NCBI GenBank assembly: GCA_965249275.1
Contig: CBDFLQ010000006.1
Span: 384,001 to 448,000 of the forward strand
Direction of reading: 5' to 3'
Length of the DNA: 64,000 nucleotides
From: Dehalococcoidia bacterium
GTDB lineage: Bacteria > Chloroflexota > Dehalococcoidia > Plut-88900
A program made the position numbers and the translations under genes. Shown here one piece after another: positions 47,743 to 58,315 of this stretch (position 1 is the stretch's first letter; each line of letters begins with the position of its first letter). Under the pieces are notes generated by a model. That model searched no databases. It had not been told where the DNA came from and was given only the letters and a program-made list of their open reading frames with translations.

Positions 47743-48789
47743 ATGGTCAAGGTGAATTTTGGCGTCGGTATGGGCCGCAACGAGAGGATCGACGAAATAG
47801 CCGACCTTGCGCGCACCGCTGACGAGATGGGCTTTTCCCACATGACACTGGTAGACGAGCCTTACCTGTCCCGGGAAGTGCACATTATGTCGGCCATCGC
47901 CGCCGTGAACACTCGCCGGATCCGCATCGGCCAGGCTGTGGTGGACCCGCACACCTACCATCCCTCGACCATCGCCAACGCCGCCGCAACCCTCAACGAG
48001 CTGACAGGCGGTCGGGCCTTCCTCGGAATGGGCGCAGGCGGGCCTTTCGGCAAGATCATGAAGCCCATCCCTCATAAGGAGCTTAGAGAAGCGACGATGT
48101 TCGTCAAGAAGTTCCTAGCCGGCGAGGAGGCCGAGTACCAGGGGCAGAGGATGATTTCGGAGTGGATACGAGGCCCGGTGCCCCTCTACCTGGCCGCCGA
48201 CGGCCCGCGGTCACTTCAACTCGCGGGCGAAGTCGCCGACGGCGTCTACTTCATGGGCGGGCCTCCGGCCATGGTCAAATGGAAGGTGGACAACATCTAC
48301 CGCGGCGCCGAAAAGGCCGGCCGAGACCCCTCCAAGATAGATATCTGCGTCCGCTCCTATATCTACGTCACGGATGACAAGGCAAGCGCTATGAGGGAGC
48401 TTTCGGGATTCGTGCCCTTCGGCATGCACGTTCTGGAGCGGAACAAGAAGGAACCGGCGATAATCAAGCTCTTCGAAGACCTGGACCGCGAGAGCCCGGG
48501 AATAGTCGATGAGATGAAGCGGTACTCCGCCGCCCGCGCTGAATTCACCCGGCCCGATGGATACGATCCCTGGTTCGAGAAGATGGATGCCCCTTACTCC
48601 CAGTACATGACCCAGCGCATGATCGATTGTATTCACCTGGTCGGTTCCGTTGAAGAGATCTGCGAAGGGATCGAAAAGCTGATCGACGCCGGAGTCACCA
48701 CTGTCTCCACAGCCACCTACACCATCATCGACAAGAAGTGGATGCTGGAGGAGGTCGGCAGAAAGATAATGCCCAACTTCCGCAGCTAG
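47743..48789 (+). CDS. LLM-class (luciferase-like) flavin/F420 oxidoreductase
   Basis: A.NT.RI.IG..V..P, GGRA.LG.G.G and P.YLAA.GP..LQLAGEVADG motifs. Confidence 0.9.
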   Translation: MVKVNFGVGMGRNERIDEIADLARTADEMGFSHMTLVDEPYLSREVHIMSAIAAVNTRRIRIGQAVVDPHTYHPSTIANAAATLNELTGGRAFLGMGAGGPFGKIMKPIPHKELREATMFVKKFLAGEEAEYQGQRMISEWIRGPVPLYLAADGPRSLQLAGEVADGVYFMGGPPAMVKWKVDNIYRGAEKAGRDPSKIDICVRSYIYVTDDKASAMRELSGFVPFGMHVLERNKKEPAIIKLFEDLDRESPGIVDEMKRYSAARAEFTRPDGYDPWFEKMDAPYSQYMTQRMIDCIHLVGSVEEICEGIEKLIDAGVTTVSTATYTIIDKKWMLEEVGRKIMPNFRS

Positions 48790-48807
48790 CAACAGGAGAA
48801 TCAAAAT

Positions 48808-49611
48808 ATGATTATGCCGAATACCCTTCGTGAAAAACTGGACGCCGGGCAGCCGACCATCGGTACACACTACCTGTCCCCGGACCCGGATATCCCCGAG
48901 ATAATTGGCGACACCGGCCTATTCGACTACGCAGAATACGGTGCCGAATACTCTAATTTCGATATGCGATTGCTCTATCACATGGCTCGGGCAGGCCAGG
49001 CAGGAAACCTGCCTCTGATGATAAAACTGGACCAGGAGGGCCAGGGATTCTGGGCGCAGGCCGCATGGGGTGCAGGATTCAAGGCTATCCTCTTCACTGA
49101 CATCAGGACACCGGAAGACGTCGAGACGGCACATCGCCTGATCAGACCTGACACCCCCGACACCGGAGGCCTCATGGGCGTCAAAATCCGCCGCCCCGCG
49201 CTGTCCGGATTCAAGCCTGATCAGTACATGCAGGACCTCGAATCAGTAGTGATCGTCATCATGATCGAAAAGAACGTCGCCGTCGAAAACATTGATGCGA
49301 TACTAGACAAGGCCAGAGAAAAGGGTATCGACATGACACAGTGGGGCCCCGCCGATTTCGGATTCTCTCGCCGCCAACCCGGACTCATGTATACCGACGA
49401 AATACGGCCGTTTGAAGAGTTCGTGATCAAGAAGTCCATCGAACATGGCGTACCCCCGCGCATCGAGATCGCAGAACCCGACCAGGCTAAGAGGTACATA
49501 GACCTCGGAGTTCGCCACTTCTGCATCGGCTGGGACCGATTCATATACCAGGCCGGCCTGGACCGGATCGGAGAAGGCATCCGAAAAGTCATGCAAGAGT
49601 CGAAACTTTAA
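48808..49611 (+). CDS. HpcH/HpaI aldolase family protein
   Basis: LREKL..G...IG, MIEK..AVENID.I and GPADF motifs. Confidence 0.85.
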   Translation: MIMPNTLREKLDAGQPTIGTHYLSPDPDIPEIIGDTGLFDYAEYGAEYSNFDMRLLYHMARAGQAGNLPLMIKLDQEGQGFWAQAAWGAGFKAILFTDIRTPEDVETAHRLIRPDTPDTGGLMGVKIRRPALSGFKPDQYMQDLESVVIVIMIEKNVAVENIDAILDKAREKGIDMTQWGPADFGFSRRQPGLMYTDEIRPFEEFVIKKSIEHGVPPRIEIAEPDQAKRYIDLGVRHFCIGWDRFIYQAGLDRIGEGIRKVMQESKL

Positions 49612-49743
49612 TTTCGCTCTACCGCGCAGCAACCTGTCGGTCGAAATGGATGGCTCCAACCGTACCAGATCGCTGGCGTCGAAGGCCTAACCTAGTCCCC
49701 ACCCCCCAACGAAACATTCGCTTATACCAGGGTAGTCCCGGCC

Positions 49744-50241
49744 CTAGTACAAAGGCCCCGTCCAAATATAGTCGTTGACCTTCACCTGCCCGTGGCACGC
49801 TTGGCACCCCTCCACCCGACCCTCTTCCTCCACCGTCCCATCCGCCACCACCTTTAGCCAGAACCAGTCGTTGTGCTCGGGGTTGTACCCTGACTTCTTA
49901 TACATCACCGTGTTTGCCTGAAACTCGCCTTCGGCAGTGTAGTTCTCCTTAACAATAATGGCTCCGTCGGGCATACTCCCTTCCTTGCTCAAAAATCCGT
50001 CGAGGGCGGCAGCATTGAGGTAAGTGGTCAATAGCATCCCATGGGGCTCTTTGGCCGAGTACTTCTCCCCGAGATCCGGCCACAACTCCCAATTCTCCTG
50101 GTATTCCACTTCCTCCAGATACTCGTTTACCGAATCGGCAGAGGCATCGGGCAGTTCCGGCTCAGAAGCGGTGCCACACGCTGCCACAGCTGCCAATCCT
50201 GCCAGCAGGAAGATTAAGCCTCCAATGTATTGCTTCGTCAT
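49744..50241 (-). CDS. Cytochrome P460 family lipoprotein
   Basis: P.G.IIVKENY, VMYK, DWFW and C-terminal CQACH; lipobox VAAC. Confidence 0.8.
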   Translation of the reverse strand: MTKQYIGGLIFLLAGLAAVAACGTASEPELPDASADSVNEYLEEVEYQENWELWPDLGEKYSAKEPHGMLLTTYLNAAALDGFLSKEGSMPDGAIIVKENYTAEGEFQANTVMYKKSGYNPEHNDWFWLKVVADGTVEEEGRVEGCQACHGQVKVNDYIWTGPLY

Positions 50242-50450
50242 AAATGGGCCTTTGATCAGGATCAAGGAAAACAGCTACCCTTTCCGATCGAAGTTTAGCA
50301 TCCCTCTCCTGACACTCCTCAGTTTCTATAGGGATTGACGCGTGATAAGCTTAAGTTGTACCGCATAAGAAGGACTCTCGGGAAAACAGATCTGCTGGTG
50401 CATGCGCTGCTCAGCTCCCCCATGGCGATCGATGCAAACCTAACCCTGAT

Positions 50451-50921
50451 ATGTCTAACAAACGCACACGAATAAGTGGGCTCACAGCATGCGGCATCGT
50501 AGTGGCACTCATATTGATCGCCGTCATTGGCTGTGGCAACGGGATAGAGCCCCCCGACTACACCCCCACCACCCTCCCCACCCCATCCCCCGCCGCTCCG
50601 GGACTCGATCTCTCCGACGCAGCCCTCGCTGGCAAGCAGGTATTCAATGCCAACTGCTCCGCCTGCCACGGCTCTGACGTCATGGGCTCAGCCGCCGGCC
50701 CGCCTCTCATCGACAGGATTTACGAACCGGGCCACCACGCCGACTTCAGCATTCGAAGTGCTGTTCGCAATGGCGTGCCGCAGCACCACTGGTGGTTCGG
50801 TGATATGCCTCCCGTCGCCAGCGTAACAGACCAGCAAGTTGAACAGCTCATCTGCTACATCCGAGAACTCCAGCTCGCCAACGGTATCTTCGAAGGCGGC
50901 GCCTATTCGTTTAGCTGTTAA
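50451..50921 (+). CDS. Monohaem cytochrome c lipoprotein
   Basis: GKQVF..NCSACHG, YEPGHH.D, HHWWFGDMP motifs. Confidence 0.88.
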   Translation: MSNKRTRISGLTACGIVVALILIAVIGCGNGIEPPDYTPTTLPTPSPAAPGLDLSDAALAGKQVFNANCSACHGSDVMGSAAGPPLIDRIYEPGHHADFSIRSAVRNGVPQHHWWFGDMPPVASVTDQQVEQLICYIRELQLANGIFEGGAYSFSC

Positions 50922-51105
50922 CCTCCCATCCAAGGGTGATGTAGCGCCAACCCTTCAGCTTCTCGTAAGCGCCTTAGTCTCTTAACCCTCCCGCCGCGAT
51001 TCCACTGCCTCTGTCTTGAAGCATCTCGACATCCGCTTCCCTAGCCCTTAATCTTCGTATCCTGCTCCAAGACCAATTGCTTAACGCATACAGGGAGATT
51101 TACAC

Positions 51106-51477
51106 ATGCAACTGGGCGCCTTTTCGATCAGCCTCGCCGTAAAGAACATCGAGGCTTCAAAAGCATTCTACGAAAAGTTCGGGTTCGAAGTCGTCGGGGG
51201 AGACCAATCCCAGAACTGGCTGATCCTCAGGAACTCCGGCCACACCATAGGACTCTTTCAGGGCATGTTCGAAAGCAACATCCTCACCTTTAACCCAGGC
51301 TGGGACGCCGAGGCCCAACCCTTGGACTCCTTCACCGACGTCCGTGAACTCCAACGTCAGCTGAAAGCAAAGGGCGTACAACTGGTCAGCGAAGCCGATG
51401 AAGAAACCACGGGCCCGGCCAGCCTTGTAGCTATCGACCCCGACGGAAATACCATCCTCGTCGACCAACACGTCTGA
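51106..51477 (+). CDS. VOC/glyoxalase family protein
   Basis: [18 protein letters not shown] and DPDGN motifs. Confidence 0.9.
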   Translation: MQLGAFSISLAVKNIEASKAFYEKFGFEVVGGDQSQNWLILRNSGHTIGLFQGMFESNILTFNPGWDAEAQPLDSFTDVRELQRQLKAKGVQLVSEADEETTGPASLVAIDPDGNTILVDQHV

Positions 51478-51488
51478 TAACGCGTCCC

Positions 51489-53045
51489 CTACCCCACCAC
51501 CCCTTCCTTCCAGTCCCTCAGAATCTCGTGAGCGGCATTATGCCCCGGCGCCCCGGTAACAGTGCCCCCCGGATGCGTCCCCGCTCCACACAAATACAGG
51601 CTCTCAATCGGGGTCCTGTAGTCCGCCCACCCCGAAAATGGCCTGTGCTGAAACACCTGCCCCGGCACGCACTCGCCGTGAAACATGTGGCCCTGGCTCA
51701 TGAAGATCCGGTCCTCCAACTCCTTCGGCGACACAAAGAAGTAGTCGTCGATGATCTCTTTCAGGTTCGGGATGTACTCAGTCATCAGCTCCACACAATG
51801 CTTAACGTACCCGTCGCCGATGCTGTCCCAATCGCCGTCCTTCAGGTGATAGGGCGCCCATTGCCCGTAGACTGTCATGTAATGCTTGCCCGGCGGCGCC
51901 ATTGACGGGTCCATCACCGAGTGAATAATCCCGGTCAGATACGGCTCCCTCGCAGGTTGACCGAACTTGGCCTCGTCCCAGGCCCGCTCTAGGTATTCGA
52001 CAGTAGGTGCTATCCAAAACAGCCCTTGGTGCTGAGGTCCTGCCCCCCGACCCGGAAACGCCTTGAACTCCGGCAGCCCGCTCATTGCAAAATGGATGTT
52101 GAAGGTCATCCCCTCCGCCGCGATCCCTTCTACCTGGCTTAGGAAATCAGAGTCCAGGTATTCCGGCTCGACCAACTTCTGAAACGTCCTCTTGGGGTCA
52201 GCGTTGGATATCACAACCCTAGCCTCTATCTTCCGTCCATCCTTAAGCTCCACCCCCACCGCCCGACCCCTCTTCACACTGATCGAGGCCACCTCTGCAT
52301 CCATATAAACCTCCGCCCCGAGACTCCGCGCCGCCCCTGCAATGGCCTGCGTTATCGTTCCCATCCCTCCCGGAACCCGACCCCAAGCCGTTCCCGGCTC
52401 CGGCCAGTAGTGCAGCATCATGTACGCAGATCCCGCCGACATCGGCCCCATCCCTATCCCAGTCATCCCCCTCGGCGCAATCGACGCCTTCACTTCTTCC
52501 GACTCAAACCTCGCGTCTAGGAACCCCTTCATCGAGCCAAACATGATCTCCCGAAACGCTCTCGACTCCCCCGCCTCGGCAAATCGCCCCTCTACCTCCC
52601 CCACCGACAACGGTGGCCGCAGTTCTAGCGACGGCTTCATGATCGAAGCAAGCCTGTCCATCTGCTGCTCAAATTTCAGATAAGCCTGCGCATCCCTCTC
52701 GGAGAATTTAGCAACCTCGGCCATGCTCTTCGCCGGGTCCCGCCAGAACTGGATGTACCGTCCATCCGGGAATAGATGTAGCCGGTGCGGGTCAAACGGC
52801 ACAAGCCCAAATCCGAACTTCTCTAGCTCCAAGTCTCGGATTATCTTAGTCTTCAGCAGCCCCCCAATCTGTGCCGCCGTACAGACCTTGTATCCAGGGA
52901 ATATCTCTTCCGTTACACACGCTCCACCCACCATCGAACGCTGCTCCAGGACGGCAACTTTAAGACCGGCCTTGGCCAAGTAGGCAGCGCACACCAGCCC
53001 ATTGTGCCCACCGCCGACTATCGCCGCATCGTATTGCTCTTTCAT
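51489..53045 (-). CDS. Phytoene desaturase-like NAD(P)/FAD oxidoreductase
   Basis: VGGGHNGLV.A.YLA, GGACVTEE, GGMG and LYLCGAGTHPGG.VTGAPG.NAA motifs. Confidence 0.9.
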   Translation of the reverse strand: MKEQYDAAIVGGGHNGLVCAAYLAKAGLKVAVLEQRSMVGGACVTEEIFPGYKVCTAAQIGGLLKTKIIRDLELEKFGFGLVPFDPHRLHLFPDGRYIQFWRDPAKSMAEVAKFSERDAQAYLKFEQQMDRLASIMKPSLELRPPLSVGEVEGRFAEAGESRAFREIMFGSMKGFLDARFESEEVKASIAPRGMTGIGMGPMSAGSAYMMLHYWPEPGTAWGRVPGGMGTITQAIAGAARSLGAEVYMDAEVASISVKRGRAVGVELKDGRKIEARVVISNADPKRTFQKLVEPEYLDSDFLSQVEGIAAEGMTFNIHFAMSGLPEFKAFPGRGAGPQHQGLFWIAPTVEYLERAWDEAKFGQPAREPYLTGIIHSVMDPSMAPPGKHYMTVYGQWAPYHLKDGDWDSIGDGYVKHCVELMTEYIPNLKEIIDDYFFVSPKELEDRIFMSQGHMFHGECVPGQVFQHRPFSGWADYRTPIESLYLCGAGTHPGGTVTGAPGHNAAHEILRDWKEGVVG

Positions 53046-53051
53046 GGCGGC

Positions 53052-54077
53052 CTACCGGGCCCCGAGCACTTCCTTGATAACCGGCTTGCAGATGCCCTGT
53101 CCCCAGAGCGGCAGGACCATCGAGTGCCCCCCCGCCGGCCCGCCCGCCACGAAGGTCAGAAAGTCCTCTGCCGTGTTCTGGGCAACGTCACCCTCGCCCG
53201 ATGACCCTGGGAACACCGCTCCTGCTAGCGCTCCCCTTTGTCCCTTATCTGGAGCCAGAGTGGGTCGCAGTTCGTTGGCTTTGGATGCAATGTATTCTTT
53301 GACCTGCTCTTTCGACCAGCCGGCCCCGGCTATGATCGCCGCATGCTCGGGACTTATCACTACTATCGCTCCCCCATGACAACGCTCGGTCGATGCAATA
53401 GTGTGCGCAATCACGTCCAGGATGCTCTCCGGATCATGGTCCCTCTGGTTGAACGCCTCCATCGGGTGCCCGACCGGCAGCAGAGTCACCGTGCTCGACT
53501 CCAATGAAAAGCCATTCTCCACATGGTAGGGGCTCCAGGGGCTGGCTTCCTCGTTCTCCCCGAAACACATCGTGTATCGACCCGAATGCCCGAACGCCGA
53601 CTTATCCGTCACTCCCGGAATCTCCCGGCACACGTTCATCAACACCAGCCTCAGTGCTCGCCCGATAGTCGCATTCGCCCGCCGCCCGGGTCCCAGCAGG
53701 TTCCAGCCGCAGTTCAGGTCTATCTCCGCCCTAACCGGACCGTTTATCACAACCATCGCTGCCGAAGCCCCAGTAGTCTCCGCCAGCGCCGAGGCATTAA
53801 AGCTGGGTTCAAACAAACCCCTGATGGCAGCGACTACCACCGGGGCATACTCAGGCAGGCACCCGGCCATCACGGCATTGATGGCGACCTTGTCAGCAAT
53901 GACCCGCCAGTTCCTGCTGACCCGAGTCCCTAACACCTCTTGCGCCCCCACCCCCGCTGCCTCCAGAAACCGCTCTACAGACTCCGACGTTGGCGGTACA
54001 ACGGGTAGACCGTCAGTCAGCCCCTCCCGATAGAAATGCTCTATAACCTCTACCGCATCCGACACAGGGTCCGCCAT
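53052..54077 (-). CDS. Conserved hypothetical protein (DGLPVVPPT family)
   Basis: TDGLPVVPPT, A.NAVMAGC.PEY, RANATIGRALRL and ENEE.SPW motifs. Confidence 0.8.
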   Translation of the reverse strand: MADPVSDAVEVIEHFYREGLTDGLPVVPPTSESVERFLEAAGVGAQEVLGTRVSRNWRVIADKVAINAVMAGCLPEYAPVVVAAIRGLFEPSFNASALAETTGASAAMVVINGPVRAEIDLNCGWNLLGPGRRANATIGRALRLVLMNVCREIPGVTDKSAFGHSGRYTMCFGENEEASPWSPYHVENGFSLESSTVTLLPVGHPMEAFNQRDHDPESILDVIAHTIASTERCHGGAIVVISPEHAAIIAGAGWSKEQVKEYIASKANELRPTLAPDKGQRGALAGAVFPGSSGEGDVAQNTAEDFLTFVAGGPAGGHSMVLPLWGQGICKPVIKEVLGAR

Positions 54078-54166
54078 CTCAACCTCTCTTCCCTCTCATT
54101 CCAAGCTCTTGACCTTTCCCGGCCCTCGCGCCCGCCCATGTGAAAACCTGAGCCCCTTGAGTCCGT

Positions 54167-54240
54167 GTCATTCCGAGGCTCCCCGCCGTAAGTGGAACAT
54201 CCGCCTCTGGATGATCCGCCCGTGGCGGAAGGAATCTAGG
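54167..54240 (+). repeat. GTCATTCC..GGAATCT REP with doubly nested insertion
   Basis: ...GCCGTAAGT[GGAACATCCGCCTCTGGATGA]TCCGCCCGTGGCGGA-AGGAATCT. Confidence 0.7.
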
Positions 54241-54518
54241 ACTTGCCCACTCACAGTATACCCACCACACCCACCATCCCCGCACCGGTTGATGTTACCC
54301 ACCCCCCACAACCCGGTCAACCGAACCCCACTCCGAGCAAGCCCTATCGTATGCAACCTCCTATATGTTAGTATCCAACATCCCTTGTTAGTCCATAATC
54401 CCTCCTTCAAAAAGGGGTGCAAAAGTGCTGGTTAGTCCCCATACACCAAGGCTAGCCATCCAAGGGGACGCTGAAATGGGTGGACTGCAGTGATAAGGGA
54501 TCGTCAGGGAGGAATCCA

Positions 54519-55763
54519 ATGAAATTTGGTATTTTCACCAATCCGGCTATGCCAGGCGTAATCCCGGACGGCAAAAGATTAGCCCCCATCGGACGGAACA
54601 ACGAGCGTTATCAGGGTCTCCTGGATGAGCTGAAACGCATATGTTTCGCCGCCGAGGAACTGGGCTTCGACTCCTTCTCCACCACCGAGCACCATTTCCA
54701 CTCCGAAGGCATTGAGATGTCCGTCGCCCCCCTCCTTCTCTACACCGACCTCGCTGCCAGAACAAAACGAATAAAGTTCGCTCCCCTCGCCCTGGTCCTT
54801 ACCACCTGGGACCCCATACGCGCCGCCGAGGAGTTGGCCATTCTTGACCACCTTACCAAGGGCCGCATGATGGCCGGATTCGCCCGCGGTTACCAGGACC
54901 GTTGGGTCGGCGTTCTGGGCCAGAAATACCGAGTCAAGGGCACCCAGTCAGACAAGTCCGCCACCAACGAGCGAAACAAAAGACTCTTCGAGGAGAATTG
55001 GCAGGTCGTGAAGGCCGCCTGGACCCAGGAAGTCCTCAGCTTCAAGGGTGAGTTCTACGAAGTCCCCTTTCCTTACGAAGAAGGAATACAAGGCTGGGCC
55101 CTCGACCAGATCACCCGAGAGCGTGGCGCACCCGGTGAGATTGATGACGAAGGCGTAATCCGCGGCATCTCCGTAGTCCCGAAACCCTACCAATTGCCCT
55201 ACCCCCCCGTTTTCATGGCATTCTCCCTCAGCGAGTCCAGCATCAGGTTTGCCGCTAGAGAGGGAATGATCTCCCAGATACAGGTATCCCGCCCCGACGA
55301 CTTCAAACGTCTGTGCCATGTCTACCAGGAAGTGGCCGCCGAGAACGGCAGAGATTTGGGGCTCGGCGAGAATGTAGCCGCTCCCCGCTACATTTACCTG
55401 GGCAAGACCTATGAGGAAGCCCTAGCACGTGCCGAGAGAACTCTGGGCTGGCAATACGACGAATACTTCGGCGCATTCGGGTTCATGGAAGCATTTCGTA
55501 ACGACGATGATCCCGAGGAGCCAAAACCCCTACGCTTCAAGAATGCCGCCGAGGTCACCCAGCGACTCATCGAGCACCAGTACGCCCTCGTCGGCACCGT
55601 CGATGACGTCAAACGCCAAATGGAGTCCCTGTCCCGTTGCTACGATGGCGGAAACTTGGAATGGTTCTCCTATCAGCTTGACCAAGGCTACATGCCCATA
55701 GATGAGGCCATGGACCAGCTGGAGACCTTTGGCACTAAAATCATGCCCGAGTTTCAAGGTTAA
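54519..55763 (+). CDS. LLM-class flavin-dependent monooxygenase
   Basis: AEELGFD..TTEHHF, DPIR.AEE.A.LD.L..GR and PKP.Q.P.PP motifs. Confidence 0.92.
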   Translation: MKFGIFTNPAMPGVIPDGKRLAPIGRNNERYQGLLDELKRICFAAEELGFDSFSTTEHHFHSEGIEMSVAPLLLYTDLAARTKRIKFAPLALVLTTWDPIRAAEELAILDHLTKGRMMAGFARGYQDRWVGVLGQKYRVKGTQSDKSATNERNKRLFEENWQVVKAAWTQEVLSFKGEFYEVPFPYEEGIQGWALDQITRERGAPGEIDDEGVIRGISVVPKPYQLPYPPVFMAFSLSESSIRFAAREGMISQIQVSRPDDFKRLCHVYQEVAAENGRDLGLGENVAAPRYIYLGKTYEEALARAERTLGWQYDEYFGAFGFMEAFRNDDDPEEPKPLRFKNAAEVTQRLIEHQYALVGTVDDVKRQMESLSRCYDGGNLEWFSYQLDQGYMPIDEAMDQLETFGTKIMPEFQG

Positions 55764-55844
55764 TCATCCGTCCGTAGCAGCTCGGCCGTATACAAATAGT
55801 GCGGATTGGTGCTCTTGTAACCGAGAGGGAGAAGCCCCGATAGC

Positions 55845-56978
55845 ATGACTAAGGTTGTAGACGCAGACGGCCACATCCTGGAACCATCCGACCTCTGGGA
55901 GAAAAACCTCGAGCCCGAGTACCGCGACCGCCCGATTCGTATCAGGATGGACTCGGACGGGCTGGAGTATATGGAGCTTGAGGGAAAGAAGTCCGCCTGC
56001 GTCAGCGGCGGAGGCTTCAACAGCTTCGGCAGCCTGGACGCCGACATTAAGTCCCTCCGTGAAACCTCCGAGGGAGCCGGTGGTCCGACTTACGAGGAAA
56101 GCGTCCCCGAGGGTGCCCGCAACTTCGATGTCCGCCTTGCTTGGATGGACCATCATGGCATCGACATCGCCATCGTCTACCCGTCCCTCCTGCTGGGCTG
56201 GCAGGACGAGGTCAATGACCCCGGCCTGGCCTCAGCCTACTGCCGGGTCTATAACACCTGGCTCACCGATCTCTGCCGTCCCTACTCTGACCGTATGGTC
56301 CCCATCGCCCATGTCGCCCTTCACAACATTGAGGACGCCGTGATCGAGGTGAATCGAGCCGCCAAACTCGGTGCCCGTGGCGTCTACCTGTTCGCCACCC
56401 CAGTCTACGATATCCCCTACGGCGACCGACGCTATGATCCGTTCTGGGAAGCCTGCCAGGACCTCAACCTGCCCTTGGGTATCCACGTCAGCAACACCCC
56501 CAAACACGCCGGGAATCACCTCTACCAGGGCGGCTTCCACTCCAACTACTGGTGGTTCAACGTCATGTACAACCAGGACTGCCAGATGGCCTTCACTTCT
56601 TTCTTCCAGGGCGGCGTCTTCGAACGGTTCCCCAGATTAAGTGTCGGTGTGGTCGAGACCGGTTGCGGGTGGATAGCCCATTGGCTTGAACTCCTGGACT
56701 CAAAATACAAGATCACCGGCCACCCCGAGCTCAATATGCTCCCCAGCGAGTATTTCGACCGGCAGGGCTGGATTACCGGCGAAGCCGACGAAAAGACCTT
56801 CCCCCACATGGCCCAGCTCGTCGGCGCACACAAGCTCATGTTCGGCTCCGACTATCCCCACGAAGAAGGCCACGAGGAGCCCGTTGCCGAGCTAAAGGAG
56901 ACCATTGGGCCCCTTTCGCAGGAAGATCAGGACATGATCCTGGGCGGAAACGCCTTGAGAATCTACAACCTCGACTAG
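55845..56978 (+). CDS. Amidohydrolase_2 family protein
   Basis: DADGHILEP, YN.W, GVFERFP.L..E.G..W and GSDYPH motifs. Confidence 0.92.
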   Translation: MTKVVDADGHILEPSDLWEKNLEPEYRDRPIRIRMDSDGLEYMELEGKKSACVSGGGFNSFGSLDADIKSLRETSEGAGGPTYEESVPEGARNFDVRLAWMDHHGIDIAIVYPSLLLGWQDEVNDPGLASAYCRVYNTWLTDLCRPYSDRMVPIAHVALHNIEDAVIEVNRAAKLGARGVYLFATPVYDIPYGDRRYDPFWEACQDLNLPLGIHVSNTPKHAGNHLYQGGFHSNYWWFNVMYNQDCQMAFTSFFQGGVFERFPRLSVGVVETGCGWIAHWLELLDSKYKITGHPELNMLPSEYFDRQGWITGEADEKTFPHMAQLVGAHKLMFGSDYPHEEGHEEPVAELKETIGPLSQEDQDMILGGNALRIYNLD

Positions 56979-57140
56979 GCCACACACAATCAGCTATAGG
57001 CCTACGTTTTTCAGCCTGTATTGTCAGGTTTTTAGGTTAGCTTTATCGACGATACCCAAGTAATATCCACTTAGTCTTAAGGGAGCCTGGGACAATTGTC
57101 AGGACACTCGTACAATTCTTTCTGACCCGAGAGGAACTAG

Positions 57141-58289
57141 ATGAATAGCCTAGTCGTCGACGTAGATGGGCATGTCGCCGAGCCCATTACCGAGATAATG
57201 GACGAATACCTTGACCCAGAGTTCAAGGATCGCCCACTGCGCCTCCTCAACGATGAAAACGGCCTCGAATACCTCGAAATCAACGGCAAGAAGTCTACCC
57301 TCGTCCAAGGTGGCACCGGCCTAGGCGCCGACGCAGGCAAAGCCTTCGGCGCCGAGGACTACGAGCCCTTCTTCACGCCCGGCGGGGTTCACTACTACGA
57401 CGGAATGATCCCCGCATCCAATCAGCCCGACGCCCGCGCCGCGTGGCACGACCAGGAAGGCATCCACAAGGCCGTTCTCTACCCAACCATAGGCATATCC
57501 TGGGAGGACGAGTGCGACGACCCCAAGGTGGCCTCCGCCTACTGCCGAGCCTACAACGACTGGATTGTCGACTTCTGCAAGTCCCATCCTGACCGGCACT
57601 ACCCCATCGCCCACATCCCCACTCTCGATGCCCACGAGGCCGCCGCCGAGGTCCGGCGCACCGCCGCCTTGGGCGTCAAGGGCTTCATGGTCTACAACAC
57701 CGCCACCAACGGCATCTACTACGGCAACCCCTACTTCGATCCCCTCTACGAGGCCGTCGAAGAGTCAGGCCTGCCCTTGGGCAATCATGTAGTAAGTCAG
57801 ATCAACTATCTCGCCAAGGACCAAAATCGCTCCATCGACACCATGGGTGACGACTTTTACTACGTCACTATGGTCATACCCTTCCAGTCCCAGCTTGCCC
57901 TGATCCACATGATCACAGAGGGCGCATTCGACCGCTTCCCCACTATGAAGTACGTATTCCTGGAGACCGGGGCCACCTGGCTCGCCTACCTGCTTGAACG
58001 CCTTGACGACAAGTTCAAGAGCCAGAGCCATTCCACCACCTTCAAGGAGCAGCCCAGTGACTATTTCCGACGCCAGTGCTGGATCTCCCTCGAACCCGAG
58101 GAAGAGCTGATACCCAACATCATCAACAAGGTCGGCGCAGACAAGTTCTTCTGGGCCTCCGACTTCCCCCACCACGACGGCTTCCCCGGCGTCGTTGAAG
58201 CGATAAGAGACCTCCTCAGCCCCCTGTCCACCGAAGACCTAAACAAGGTCATGGGCCAAAATGCCGTGGACGTATACAACCTGAGATAG
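57141..58289 (+). CDS. Amidohydrolase_2 family protein
   Basis: DVDGHVAEP, G.FDRFP and ASDFPHHD motifs; paralogue of the preceding gene. Confidence 0.92.
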   Translation: MNSLVVDVDGHVAEPITEIMDEYLDPEFKDRPLRLLNDENGLEYLEINGKKSTLVQGGTGLGADAGKAFGAEDYEPFFTPGGVHYYDGMIPASNQPDARAAWHDQEGIHKAVLYPTIGISWEDECDDPKVASAYCRAYNDWIVDFCKSHPDRHYPIAHIPTLDAHEAAAEVRRTAALGVKGFMVYNTATNGIYYGNPYFDPLYEAVEESGLPLGNHVVSQINYLAKDQNRSIDTMGDDFYYVTMVIPFQSQLALIHMITEGAFDRFPTMKYVFLETGATWLAYLLERLDDKFKSQSHSTTFKEQPSDYFRRQCWISLEPEEELIPNIINKVGADKFFWASDFPHHDGFPGVVEAIRDLLSPLSTEDLNKVMGQNAVDVYNLR

Positions 58290-58315
58290 CTGCACTACGC
58301 GGGAATCCCCAAAAA

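Noticed and set aside
53052-54300. UGSC-type selenoprotein partner or SECIS next to the DGLPVVPPT protein
   Set aside because: No small upstream ORF with an in-frame TGA was found. The upstream region is REP sequence.
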